Assembly: GCA_028534125.1 (NCBI GenBank)
Contig: CM052817.1
Location: forward strand, 82,276,001 to 82,340,000
Direction: 5' to 3'
From: Lama glama
Taxonomy: Eukaryota
Length of the DNA stretch: 64,000 nucleotides
Part shown: in pieces, positions 1-12,479 of the stretch
Position numbering within the stretch: the first letter of the stretch is position 1
How the letters are laid out: each line of letters opens with the position of its first letter
Notes under the pieces: model-generated
What the model was told of the DNA's origin: nothing
What the model saw: the letters and a program-made list of their open reading frames with translations, nothing else
Databases searched by the model: none
Translations under genes and position numbers: made by a program

Positions 1-1620
1 ATTTGACCAATACATAGTAGAATGGATTCCAGAATTGGCTGAGAAATAAAAATAAAAGACTTTGTTCCTTGCAAAACTAAAATTCTAAATATAATGTTTT
101 ACATTAGGAGAAATTTAACATTATTTTTCTTTTGGAAAAACAATCTGATTCAATTATTTTTCTTATATGTCTTTAATAGAGAAGAATTAATATGCATAAT
201 TAAAAGTGGAGTGAGTACTGTTATTTTGGATCAGCACAACAAAAATCAAAAGAGGGACTGGTCAGAAGAATTCTTTTGTCATTTTTTTTTTTCTATTCTT
301 GATTTAACTGTAAATTGAGAAGAGCCTCTCGCTTACTCACTGGACAAACTGAAGCTATTTCAGAGGTAGTATAGGTGCCAGTTCAGTTCAGAATTTGAGA
401 TCAATTTAAATGTATTTTCATTATTTTATTTTATCTTTCTCCTGTGAATTTTCAAGCTGTTACCTAACAGTTTCTTGAGTTTCACTAGCCTGTTTTAAAG
501 TCTGAGGTAATACAGAAAACTAAATTTTTAGAAGGGCCATTTGGAATGTTTATTTTAGTATAAAATGTTTTAATACAGTATCACGTTTCATTTGAGATAT
601 TCCCTATTAAAAATCTTGATAATCACCAATCAAAAGAGGAAAAAAATTGATTTTCCCATTTTGTTCAGGTATAGAATAAGAAGAATGATAATAACATCCA
701 AGATATATAAACAAACAGATCAGATTGTTAGTTCTAACTCTGTTCCCAGGTTATTTTACTAAGGATTTTTCAGTGTTTACCATCAACCTTCAATAAAACA
801 TTTTTATTATGAATGTGATCCACTAAATCAATGACTGGGGTAATAACCCAATGTTCATACCTTTAGAGAAATGCTGTTCTGCCCTTGCCTGAGATGTGTA
901 TGTGCCTGAAGTGTAGCTGCCTAGGTGAGGAGGCAGGAAGGGGAACAAAGGATGAAGGGACAGAGAAGAGATGAAGAGGAATGGGCATATTTGAGCCAAT
1001 CAAGACAAGGCTGTGTGTGGAAACAAACCAAAGCAAGCTGAGAAGCTACTTGGCTCTATTTATGCTTGAGTTGTCTCCACTAGACTTTTCTGATAATAAA
1101 AGCTCTACTTGGAGTGGTGGGGAACCAGAGGCCCTGTGAGTACAGCATTCATTGCCTATCACTTTTCCCCTTTTCTCATCACACTACACTCTCTGCAGGG
1201 AGCCATGAGTTAAAATGCCACAACACCTGTCTTCCAGCGATGCCTAGTGGGCTGCCCCAGAGTGCCAAGAAAACAGTCATGTTTCCCTGGGAATCTTTAC
1301 CTCTCTTCAGGGGACATTAGATGCTTTTGCTGCCTTTCACTTTTTCTCACTGAGGTTTACACGGGTGATAATCTAAACGATTTCCAAAGTCTTCAAGTTC
1401 AAAACTTCACTGTACTCTCTGCAAAAATGAAGAATTTCTATGCTTTCACGTGGATTTCACAGCAGTACTGTATGTGTCCTGGCATCCTACAAAATATTTT
1501 TGCTAGTCACCTTTTTCGGGTTTTGTTATCAGAACAGTCTAAAGGAGACTGAACTTACGGGTAAATATGAGCACAAACGGCATGCTACACTGTTAATCTT
1601 TATTTGAAAACTACAGTTTC

Positions 1621-1818
1621 GTGATTTTGTCTCTGAGGAGACATTTGAAACTGTCTGGAAACATTGTTGGTTGCCACAGCTAGGAGAAGACACTGCTGCT
1701 TTCTAGTGGGTAGAGTTCAGGGGTCGTGCTGAACATCTAACAATGCAAAAGACAGTCCCTCACAACAAAGAGTTATCTGCCTCACAATGTCAACAGTGCC
1801 AAGGTTGACAAATCCCGT
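1621..1818 (+). mobile_element. MER20-like hAT-Charlie DNA transposon fossil
   Basis: Motifs GTGATTTTGTC..GACATTTG..TCTGGAAACATT, CTAGTGGGTAGAG..TGCTGAACATC..ACAATGCA..GACAGTCCC..ACAACAAAGAGTTATCTG..AATGTCAACAGTGCCAAGGTTGACAAA resemble the recalled MER20 consensus. Confidence 0.75.
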
Positions 1819-3369
1819 TGTTCAGGCTTGTTTGACTAATAAACTTATGTTTTTCCTCCGTTTTAAAACATGAGTGCAAAACTGAACTTAGGCTTAAGCT
1901 AGTGAATACTTGGAGTCCTTTCCTATTTTCAAAATATTCAAGTATACACATTCACATATTTACACACACAAACACAAACATACGTAATGAAACACCAATG
2001 TAACTACTCATGCAGATACAATTAACATGACTTAGGAACAAATAAAGTGACTCAAACAAAATGACCAGTGTGGATCTGGATCTGCAGAACACAAAGACTA
2101 ATAATAACAAAAGATAAAAAATAATCTTTAGTAACTTATTACCGGATATTCATTTCTACAGGCCAGTCCACTCACAAACATGGTTTTATTGGTGTTTTTA
2201 ATAATCTGTGGCTTTTATATGAAACAGTTTCTGATTTGGCAACAAAGACTTAAGTGATAGTCCCCAATATTTCAAAAATTAAAGTGTCATACAGATTTCA
2301 CAGTACATTCAGTCATAATTTAGTATATTTTTAGATTTATGAAAATGAGATACTGTTTTTCATAACATTATCTTAAAAATTATTAAAACATCCTACTTAT
2401 CTAAAACATTTTACAGTAAGTGTTAATGCCAAGTCAACTTTTATGACTGTAAGAATTTCAGTGAAAAATGTTGAAATCTCTTAAATCAGTTAACTGAAGT
2501 ATGTCACAATAACAACTCCTAGTTAACCTTGTCACATTCAATGGATAAGATGTGAATTGGTTACATCTGATTATTAAAACATAATTATAGCCTTGAAGAG
2601 ATTTACTAAATTCAATTAGGAGAAAGTGATCTAATGCCTAAAATGAATTCAACATTTAATTATTATCTAAAGAGTGACAGGTCTATTTTTAAAGATTATT
2701 TTTCTTTATCATAACATAAATATATGAAGAATGTAGAATATATGTTTGCCTCATAAACTGATGTCACCCTTCTAAAAAATTTAATGGCTAAAAGTCTGAA
2801 TGATCTGTTTAACAGTAGTTTCAGTATACACTTTCCTTTTTCTTCTTTCTCACTAGTGGTTGAAAAAAATTATCAAATGTGAGGAAATTAATATAAAACT
2901 TGAAGGACAAGACATATAAAATAAGCAACAGCTTAATTATCTGCATAATATATTGTGGGATTTTTTAAATAATGATTCTGTGTTAACATATAAAATAATT
3001 TTTCACTAGCTAATGATGTAACTAGTGAACATAGAATAAACAGTATAGTTGGGGAACACAATATATCCTATACATATTTACATATACATATGAATGTTAG
3101 ACAAGTGTCTAAGGAAATACACCACTGTGTTCACTGATGTATAATTTATAACATAAAACAATAAAAGTTTACAAAAGGAAAACACAAATGCTAAACAATA
3201 TAACAGATAAGTACATTAAGCAACATACATATATAGATTATTAATTAGCTATTAAAAACATGTTTTGGGCCAATCACTCTCAAATATTGTCTCCTTCACT
3301 TAAATTTCTATAGGGAAAAGGAAGTGAAATTCCGTGAAGTCTCCAAGTATGATATATTTATTTCTTTTT

Positions 3370-4905
3370 TCTTGTGGTGAAAAGCCCATAACATGACATT
3401 TACCATCTTAATCATTTTAAGCGTACAGTTCAGTATTGTTAAGTATATTTACATTACTGTGAAACAGATCCACAGAACTTTTCATCTTGCAAGTATGAAA
3501 TTATATACTCATTAAACAACAATCCCTTCTCTGACCCCAGCCTCTAGTAACCACCCATTCTAGTTTCTGTTTCTATGAATTTGACCTTAGATAACTCAGG
3601 TAAAATGGAATCATACATTATTTGTCTTCTTGAGCTTGGTTTATTTCAGTTACCATACTGCCTTCAGCATTCAGCTACGTTGTAATGTGTGACAGACTGT
3701 CCATTTTTAGGGCGCAATATTATTCCATTGTATGTATGTACCACACTGTGTTTATCTATTCACCTATCTATGGATGTTTGAATTGCTTCCACCTCTTGGC
3801 TATTGTTAATAATGCTGCTATGAAATTGGTTGTGCAAGTATCTTTTGAGATCCTGCTCTACTTCTTTTTTGATACATACATAGAAGTGGGATCACTGGAT
3901 CATATGGTAGTTCTATTTTAAATTTTTTGCAGAATCTTTATATATTTTTCATAGCAGCTGCACCATTTTACAATCCCAACAGTATGCACTAATCTTTGCT
4001 AGCTTTTGTTATTTTAAAATTTTTTGTTTATTTTTTAATAGTGGCCATACTAACGGGTATGAAGTGATACATTATTGTGAGTTTGATTTGCATTTCCCCA
4101 AAGCTTTGTGGAGTTGAGAATGTTTTCATATGCTAATTGACCACTTATATATCATCTTTGGAGAACTGCCTTAAAGCCCTTTGCTCATTTTTAAATTGGA
4201 TTATTTGATTTTTTTGTTGTTGAGTGTAGAATTTCTTTATTTTGTAGATATTAACTCTTTATCAAATATACGATATTTTAAAATACTTACTTCCATTCCA
4301 TAGGTTGCATTTTTTTTAAGGTTGCTTGTTTTTGCCTTTGTTGCCTATGATTTTGGTGTCATATTCAAGAAATTATTGCCAACCCAATATCAAGAAGCTG
4401 ACCCCCTATATTTTCCTCCAGGAGTTTTATGGTTTTAGGTCTTACATTTATTTTTTTAATCCATTTTGAGTTAATTTTTGTATATGGTGTAAGATAAGGA
4501 CCTAATTTTATTCTTCTGCATATGGATATCCAGCTTTCCCAACACCATTTGTTGAAGAGATTGTTCTTTCCACACTGACTGGTTTTGCTACATCTGCTGA
4601 AGACCATTTGATCAAATATGCTAGGGTTTATTTCTAGCATCTCTATTCTATTTCACTATTTGTGAGTCTTTATGCCAGCACTGTTTTGAATACTGTAGTT
4701 TTGTAATGTATTTTGAAAATCAGGAAGTGCAAATTCTCCAACTCTGTATTCCTTTTTCAAAACAGTTTTGACTATGTGGGGTCCTTTGAGATTCTATATG
4801 AATTTGAGGATTAATTTTCCTATTTCTGCTAAAAAATGGCTTTGGGATTTTGATAGAGATTGCTCTGGATTTGTACATTGCTTTGAGTAGTATAGATCTA
4901 TTATG
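3370..4905 (-). mobile_element. L1 (L1MB-like) 3' fragment: ORF2 C-terminus plus 3'UTR
   Basis: ORF 4365-4640(-) reads [51 protein letters not shown], a degenerate L1 ORF2p C-terminal segment; L1MB-type 3'UTR motifs at 3370-3700. Confidence 0.9.
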
Positions 4906-5059
4906 ATCTTAACGTATGTTCATTCACAATATAGAGATAATGTGGAAGGGGAATATTTATCTTTAAGAAAAAAATTATAATAAATTCTTAAGTGAAAAGT
5001 ATTAACAGACCAAAAAACAGTATATGTAAGGTCACTGCATTGTTTATTCTTCAGGAGTG

Positions 5060-5980
5060 ATTTTTTTAAAGAATAGTTTGATATTTACAGAAAAAATGGT
5101 GAAGACAGAATAGAAAGTGCCCATATCCTCCATACCCAATTTCCTATATTATCAATATTTTATATTAGTGTGGGGTGTTTTTTAAAATTAATGAAATAAT
5201 ACTGATACACTATTATTAATCAAAGTGCACATTTTATTAAGATTTCATTAGTTGTTACCTAATGCTTTTTACTGTTTCATATCTCCACCATGCTTCCTAC
5301 ACTCCCCTTGTCTGTGGCAGTCTCAGAATTTTCTTGGTTTTGATGACCTTGACAGTTTTGAGGAGTAATGGTTTAGTACTTTGTAGGATGTCCTTCAATT
5401 AATATTTGTTTAATGTTTTTCCCATGACTGGAATGAGATACAGAGTTTCGGGGAGGAATACCGCTGAGATTTAGTACCATATTTCAAAATATTCAGGTTA
5501 CACATTAACACCATGAATTAACACTCTGGTGAGAGATTGATTTAAATCTTTCATCCATTTTGTTTTTAACTGGGCTGTGTTCCCTTATCCTTGAGTTTAA
5601 GGTTTCTTGATATATTTTGCATACAAGTATTTTAGCAAATATGTATTTAGCAAGTGTTTTCTTGCAGTCTATGGCTTGTCTTTTCATAGTCTAAACACAG
5701 TCTTTCACAGAGTGGAAGTTATTTATTTTAATAGAGTCTAATTTATCCACTTTTTCTTTAATGGATTGTGTTTTATTTTTATTTTAAAATTCATCCTGAA
5801 ATTCAAGGTCCTATATTTTCTCCTATGTTATTTTCTAACAGTGCCATAGTTTCAAATTTTACATTAGGTCTAGGGTCCATTTTCAGTTAATTTTCATGTC
5901 AAGTATAAACTCTGTATATATATATATATTTTTTTTTTTTTTTTACATATGGATGGTCAATTTTTCCAGTACCATTTCTT
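5060..5980 (-). mobile_element. L1 (L1MC-like) 3' fragment
   Basis: L1MC-type 3' end motif at 5060-5250; ORF 5505-5687(-) MKRQAIDCKKTLAKYIFAKILVCKIY resembles ORF2p (KRQPTEWEKIFA..LISKIY). Confidence 0.75.
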
Positions 5981-5984
5981 GACC

Positions 5985-6720
5985 AACTTAAAATTCTGTA
6001 GCCAGTTAAATTATTCTTTAAAAGTTAAGGAGAGATACAGATTTTTCTCTGACAAAGAAACACTCAGTGAATTTGCCATCAGTGAAACTGCTTTGAAAGG
6101 AATGCTAAAGATATTCTTCAGAGAGAATGAAAATGATATAGGTCAGTAAGTCTGATCTACACAAGAAAAGAAGAGCACCAAAGAAAGAACTGGTAAAGGC
6201 ATAATGAAATCTTTATTTTTTTATTCCTGTCTGATCTAATAGATAACCATTTATTCAAAGTGATAACAGCAACAAAGTATCAGGTGAATATAGAATACGG
6301 ATAAGTAAAATAAAGGCCAGTAATGTTACAAAGGGTGGGAGGAAGAAAATGGGAAATCTCTGTTATGTTACTTGTACTACTATGTAGCAAGTATTATTTG
6401 TAGGCAGACTTAAATTAGTTGTAAATATATATGGCAAACTCTAGGACAACTACCTAAACAAGTCAAAGAAAGAAGTATAATTGATAGAGTGGAGAGAAAA
6501 TGAACTTACATAAAAAGTTCAATGAAAACCAGAAAAAGAGGGTAAAACTTAGGAAAGAAAGAACAAATGTAGAAATAGAAAGCAACTGCAAACCAAGTGG
6601 GTATTTATCCAACTGCATTAGTGATTACTCTTAAGTGTGAACAGTTAACATACAGTAATAAAAAGGCAGTATCAGACTTAGCCAGGCTAACCAAGAAAAG
6701 AAAAAACACCAACAATACCA
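5985..6720 (+). mobile_element. Old L1 fragment: ORF1 C-terminus and inter-ORF region
   Basis: ORF 5949-6149 contains FFSDKETLSEFAISETALKGMLK, similar to the L1 ORF1p C-terminus (FSDKQKLREF..RPALQEMLK). Confidence 0.7.
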
Positions 6721-6989
6721 TTTTAAAGAAAACATATTTATACAAATAAAAATTTTAACATTTTTTAATCAAATAGAATGATATGCAATTTAAAGTGCCT
6801 TTGTGTTTTTCAGTGTGTCCAAAATTTTATAAAATAGATTTCCTCTTCCAATGAGTAAAAGTCAATTGAAAGTCTGTCTTTATTAAAATTTGAGTCTAAT
6901 AAGATCGTATGGTCATCATAAGCTTTAAATCAAATGATTATATTCATAATATATATGTGTAGATTCAGGGATTCAGCTAGATTTGGGGG

Positions 6990-8330
6990 AAAAAAAGAGC
7001 TGGAGTTCCAGACAAGGTAGAAAGAAAAAGTCATCTAAGCAAAAGGAACAATGTGTGCAAGGACAGGACTTTATGGCCACCCATGGCATGCTCAGGGAAA
7101 ATTCTCTGTTTGATGATGTGTGTGGAAAAGAATGAGTGGAGGTGAGGTTGGAAAATTCATTTTAAGGCAGGTTTTAAATAGGCATGTTGCTATTTAAAAC
7201 AGCTCAGAATTTAATTTGTGTTATTCTAGTATTGGGTTGAGGGTAGGGGTTCTCTAACAGGAGAAGAATATGGCAGTACTTGTGCATTATTTGGCAACTG
7301 GACTGTATACGAGAGAAAATGTAAATAGGGAGATCATTAAAAAGAAGAGCCCTAGTGAATTTTAAATGGGTCTAAACTTAAGCAGCAACAGTGGAGGTAA
7401 ATGGCAGAGAAGTTCTTGGGCAAGAGACATTACACAAATCATGGAAACTGGCACGGAGGCAGTAATGAAGAGTCATAATTTTCAGCTTTAGTAAAGGTAG
7501 CAACAATGTCATTAACCACATTGAAGGATACATGAGAGGGAGTGGAGAAAATGACTTCCATGTGCTATTTTGACTCTGTAGAGTTGGATGAGCTTAAATA
7601 TTTGCTTACAAATGTTCACTGAGCTCGTAAGAATAGTAGGAGGCAGTTTAGAAAAGTGGTTGAGCTCAAATTCCACATCTGAATTCCAACTCCACCTCTA
7701 GAAAACTGAAAGTTCACAGTTTCCTCCTCTGAAAAATGGAGAAATTAATACCTAATTTATATGTATTTTGTAAGTCAAATCAGGTATTATAGGTAAACCA
7801 CATAGCATAGTGGTTTATACGCCTGGATACAGTAAGTATTCAGTAAATGTGAGATATTTACAACTTACATGAGGACATCATAGAATTCTATGGAGGACTG
7901 CTGCAGGATTGAAGTTGATAAAATCAACCAGGAGGCATTTAAGAAGATTCCAAGAATTATTTGAAGAATTAAGGAGAACTCTTAGAAACAGAAATAATAA
8001 GTAAATGGATAAAGCAGAAAAATCAATAGAAGCTAATGAGAAAGAGTACTCATAATGATAGGTTAAGAAAAAGAGAGTTTTGAGTGTTATTAACATCAGA
8101 GAAAAGAGGGCAGGTTTTCATGAAAGAAGATACTACTGCCTATTTTAAAAAATTAAAAAAGAGAACTACCCTAAGAAGCATAAGCACTGAAAAAGTTCTT
8201 TGTGGTTATGAGTTAGATTTTGTGAGGACTCATGAGAGCAGTTTGTATGAGGCGGAAAAAAGATTTCAGTGAGCTGAAGGTGGAAACAGATTGCAGAAAA
8301 TGAAGTGGTTGCAGACTACTTAAAAAGAGG
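6990..8330 (-). mobile_element. L2 fragments interrupted by a MIR
   Basis: Purine-rich antisense-L2 type motifs (GGAACAATGTGTGCAAGG, GATGAGCTTAAATATTTG); boundaries approximate. Confidence 0.5.
7640..7860 (+). mobile_element. MIR SINE
   Basis: MIR core CAGTTTCCTCCTCTGAAAAATGGAG..AATACCTA and 3' GCCTGGATACAGTAAGTATTCAGTAAATG. Confidence 0.7.
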
Positions 8331-8513
8331 ATTGGTGCTTAGCGAACAAAGTTAAATATGTTTGTGCTACAGCAAAAACATTCTAGGCACAAAGTTAGTG
8401 TTTGATTAGAGAAATAATATGCAAAGTTTATGAAAAGTACATTTAAAGTCTTCATTGTGCAATGTCTTCATTTATAACAGCAAAACGGAAACTAAAATTT
8501 TTAGGTATCAAAG

Positions 8514-8758
8514 CTTTTGCCATACTGTTTTTTTTTTTTTTGTAATTGAAGCTTTTTACAGTAGTGTGTCAATTTCTGGTGTACAGCATAATGTTTCAGT
8601 CATACATGTACATACAAATATTCGTTTTCATATTGTTTTTCATTATCGGTTGCTACAATATATTGAATCAAGTTCCCTGTGCTATATAGAAGAAACTTGG
8701 TGTTTATCTATTTTATATGTAGTAGTTAGTATCGCAAATCTCTTTTGCCATACTGTTT
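8514..8758 (-). mobile_element. Young 5'-truncated L1 3' end (~210 bp) with perfect 17-bp TSD
   Basis: CTTTTGCCATACTGTTT at 8514-8530 and 8742-8758; poly-T at the left end; L1 3'UTR motif CAATTTCTGGTGTACAGCATAATGTTTCAGTCATACAT. Confidence 0.9.
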
Positions 8759-9051
8759 GATAAGAATTTCATATAGAGGTAAAGAAAGAGGTGAACAAAT
8801 AAGGAGGTAAGTTGTTTTCTTATATAGTTTTATATAACTTTTACACATTTATAATCAATAAATTTCATGTAACCTCAATAAAGTTGCCAGCTGAATTTTA
8901 AGCTAAAAAAAAGCAAAAATAGCTCATGAATTTCTTAGAAAAAAGGCTAATGAGTAAAAGATGAGAAAAAATGGTTAATGAGTAAAAGACACACCAGCAT
9001 ATAAATAGAGAAACTCCTAAATGAAAAAGGAGTGAGAATCCAGTGTAAGAT

Positions 9052-9792
9052 ATGTAGTAGTCAGGGTTCAATTAGGAGAAAGAAACTGCACCAATAATTT
9101 GAAAAGGGAAAATTTACTAAAGAACTGTCTACTAGTAAAAAATGGTTAGTAACTAAAAGGGGTAAGAGCAGATAGACAGTAAGGGATACAGAAATAACAA
9201 ATTCAAAACCAAACTAAGCCAACACAAATAAACAAAACTACTACCTTTATGGTTGAGGAAAAGTGAACAAGGAAGGAAAAAAGAGCTTGGAAGAGATCCT
9301 GTACTTCCACGCTGAGGATGAGATTCAGATACGATTGGAGAGAGCTTGGTGCCACAGAAACATGCAGACTACGAAAGACAAAGAAACTTGCCTGAGTCAC
9401 AGGATAAAACCAGTATAAAGGAGCAGACTTTCAAGCAGTTGAGAAACTTGCCAATGGGTGCAGGCAGGCAGGGTTCAGTCAATACAATTTACTGCATGAC
9501 CAGAAAATTTACTCAAAGGATGTGGGTAGGCCAGCACTGGTCTTTCGGAAATTACTCATGGAATGGCTGAGAAATTTGCTGGAAGATGTAGGAGGGACAG
9601 AGCTGTTCTGGAGCAACGGCCTTCTGGTTGGTCAAGAAAATTAGAGGAAGACGTAACCCCTAATTTCCTACTGTGGCTTCATGCTCCCGATCCACTCAGG
9701 CCAAGAAGTCTCTTCCCCTAAAGCCTAACATCAAGCCAACTGACAAAAGAAATATCCTTACGGGGTTCAGCCTTGATCCACAAAAGTGCACA
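9052..9792. mobile_element. ERVL/MaLR-type LTR-like fossil
   Basis: Starts TGTAGTAGTCAGGGTTCAATT (LTR-end-like) and is GC-richer than its flanks; family not resolved. Confidence 0.45.
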
Positions 9793-9799
9793 AAAATGA

Positions 9800-10870
9800 G
9801 CTGATGTGTAGCTGAAATGTGGTAATAATTGGCAAAAGATCCAAATACAAACAGGAGTTTAGTATATTATAAATGGTCATAACATTACAAGAAATTATGA
9901 GGGGGGTTTCTTGTATAAGGGCAGTCTGAGAATTATTTAAAGAAAAACACATCAGAAAATTAAAAGAAAACTTTGACATATATAGTGAAGTATTATACAT
10001 GCAAAATAACCACAAAGTCAAAGACAATTAAAAAACAGACAAGAATACTAGCAACTCATATCACAGAAAAATGGGCATTAACCCTAACACAAAGAATTTC
10101 TATGTGTCAAAATAAATGCACAAATATAGTAGAAAAAACCCCAAAAGGTACGATCACACTGCAGAAAATAGTAAATACAAATGTCTCTTAAATACATGAA
10201 ATAATCTTCAACCTGACTCAAAATAAGAGAAAGGAGAATAACAAATGTAACAAAATATTTTCACCTATCAGATTAGCAAAAAAACACGCTGCACTGGCAA
10301 AGAAATTAACTGGTAGGCTCATATAGCTAGTGTGCAATTTGGCAATATCTAAATTTTTGTACATACCTCTTACTTTCAGTCTTAGGAATTTATGTTAGAG
10401 TTATCCCTGCATAAGTGAAAACTGAAGTATCTACATGGATATCTATTTTAGCTTTTTTTAATTAGAAAAAAATTGGCAACAACCTATAATAAATATCCAT
10501 CAGTAGTTAACTGGTTAAAAACCAATACATCTAAACAATGGAACACTGTTCATCTAAAGAGAAAAATCAAGAAGCTGTATCATTAATACTTAAAACTAAT
10601 TAGTGCATATTTATGAGTAAAAAAATAAATTCAGAACAGTGTGTGTAGTTTAAAAAGAGAAAAACAGTAAGTACTTGTATGCATTACACCCAGTACATAT
10701 AAAGAATGAAGCATATGTATAGTTCTGAAGGATACACAAGAAAATGCTCACACATTTCTGGAGAGAAGTAGGTGGTAAGTAGAATGAAAGGATGTATTCT
10801 GCAATGCACTCTTCTGTAACTTTTGAATATTGTAAGTGTGAAGTGACTATTATCAATTAAAAACACAATA
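9800..10870 (+). mobile_element. Old L1 (L1ME-like) 3' fragment
   Basis: Motifs TCACCTATCAGATTAGCAAAA, GCAATTTGGCAATATC, AAATATCCATCAGTAG and an A-rich end. Confidence 0.7.
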
Positions 10871-12479
10871 AAATATTTAAGTTATTCAATCTCTTTAAAA
10901 GGATTGGCATATAGTTTTCAATAAGGTATAAGCCTCATCCTGGAGTGTCTCACAATTTATAAATATATTAGACACATGAACAATAATGACACATCAATAT
11001 AATAACTTACAGTAAAGTTATATACAAAATACTATGGGAATACACTATTGTCTAGCTTTGCATCCAGGAGTCAATGAAGGTTTCTCAAGAAATAATCAAT
11101 TTTATTGGAGTTCATCATCCTAGAATGATTTTTGCCTTATTATTTTCCTACAAAAATTCTGCGTAGTCCCACTTCAATAGTTATTATCTGGTAAATTCAG
11201 CCAATGTTGAACTTCTCCCACCTTTGGGATTCTGTCACGGTTACTGTTTATATCACCAATATGAATACTTGCTCCTCCTTTATTATTAACTGTTTCATGG
11301 CCTACATCCAACCTCTCTGGTGAATTTTAATGCCCTACAAGTCAGGGATAGTAAATATAGTTATCTTGGGAATGCTTGTCAGTGCCTACAATACTGTTCT
11401 TCCAAGAGCCAAAGCTTACTAAGTACTTTTGGGGGGAAAAGAGTAAAATACTGGCTTTTCATATCCTGTAAGACATACCTGATGGTAGACTGAGAAAAGC
11501 CTCTGCTAAAATTCATGAATATAGAAAAACAATATTCACATCAGGCATTCACAAAAAATAATACTAATGAGAAAAATACCTGTGGTGAACTATTTGTAAA
11601 ATAACCTCCTCCTGGGTTTAATACGCCACAATTTAAAAAGAGTTCAGTTCTGCAAACTAGGAGAGTAATGTATTAGGGGCCAAAATCCATTTCAGCTGTC
11701 ATTGACTACATAGTCCAAGAAGCAGCTCAAACCATCAAGGTGTTTTATTTAAGCTTTTCTACTATTGAAAAAAAATATTGGATTATGTCTACATGAGAAA
11801 TATTTTTAGAAAACTAAAATAATCCTGTAAGTAATATATCCATGCTGACTTACAATCCGTTAATCCCTCTCCCCACCACGTATATCAAAATCTCACACAA
11901 ACCTAATTAAAGATAGAGAAAGGAACACGTTCATTAAATTATATAGTTGTTAATAAATTCTACCAGATTATTTGGCCATACAATAGCACTTGAAGAGTTG
12001 TGTTCCAAATGTTATGTATACATTTTATATATGTGCAATATTTCCAAGTTGACTAGCACCAACTGTAAAGTAAAAAGCTAATGTTTACCCTTAACAAGTC
12101 ACATGGGATTCTTATAATTTAGGCCCTTACCTGGAAATCTATTCTCCAAAGACTAATTGAGAAGAAAGGAATTTCCATAAATGGAGGGCTGATTAACTAA
12201 ACACAGTGCTGTTTCCATGTATTAACCACAAGAAGCCCACGTCTCCCAGGTATTTCTTCATAATACTCTGTATACCCCTTTATGGACCCCAACTCTAGCC
12301 TTCTATTCCTGAGCCCTTACACCAGACTGCTTAGGAACACAAGGTGCCTCATCAGCGCTGTCTCCCAGATCCTTGACCCACTGTCTGCAGGCTCCCTCTT
12401 ACTTCCTCTAACTAAAACCCGGAGCTCGCCTCAAGGCAACACAGCTTCCTCTGCAGTTTCTGTGTAGCTTATTTTCTAC

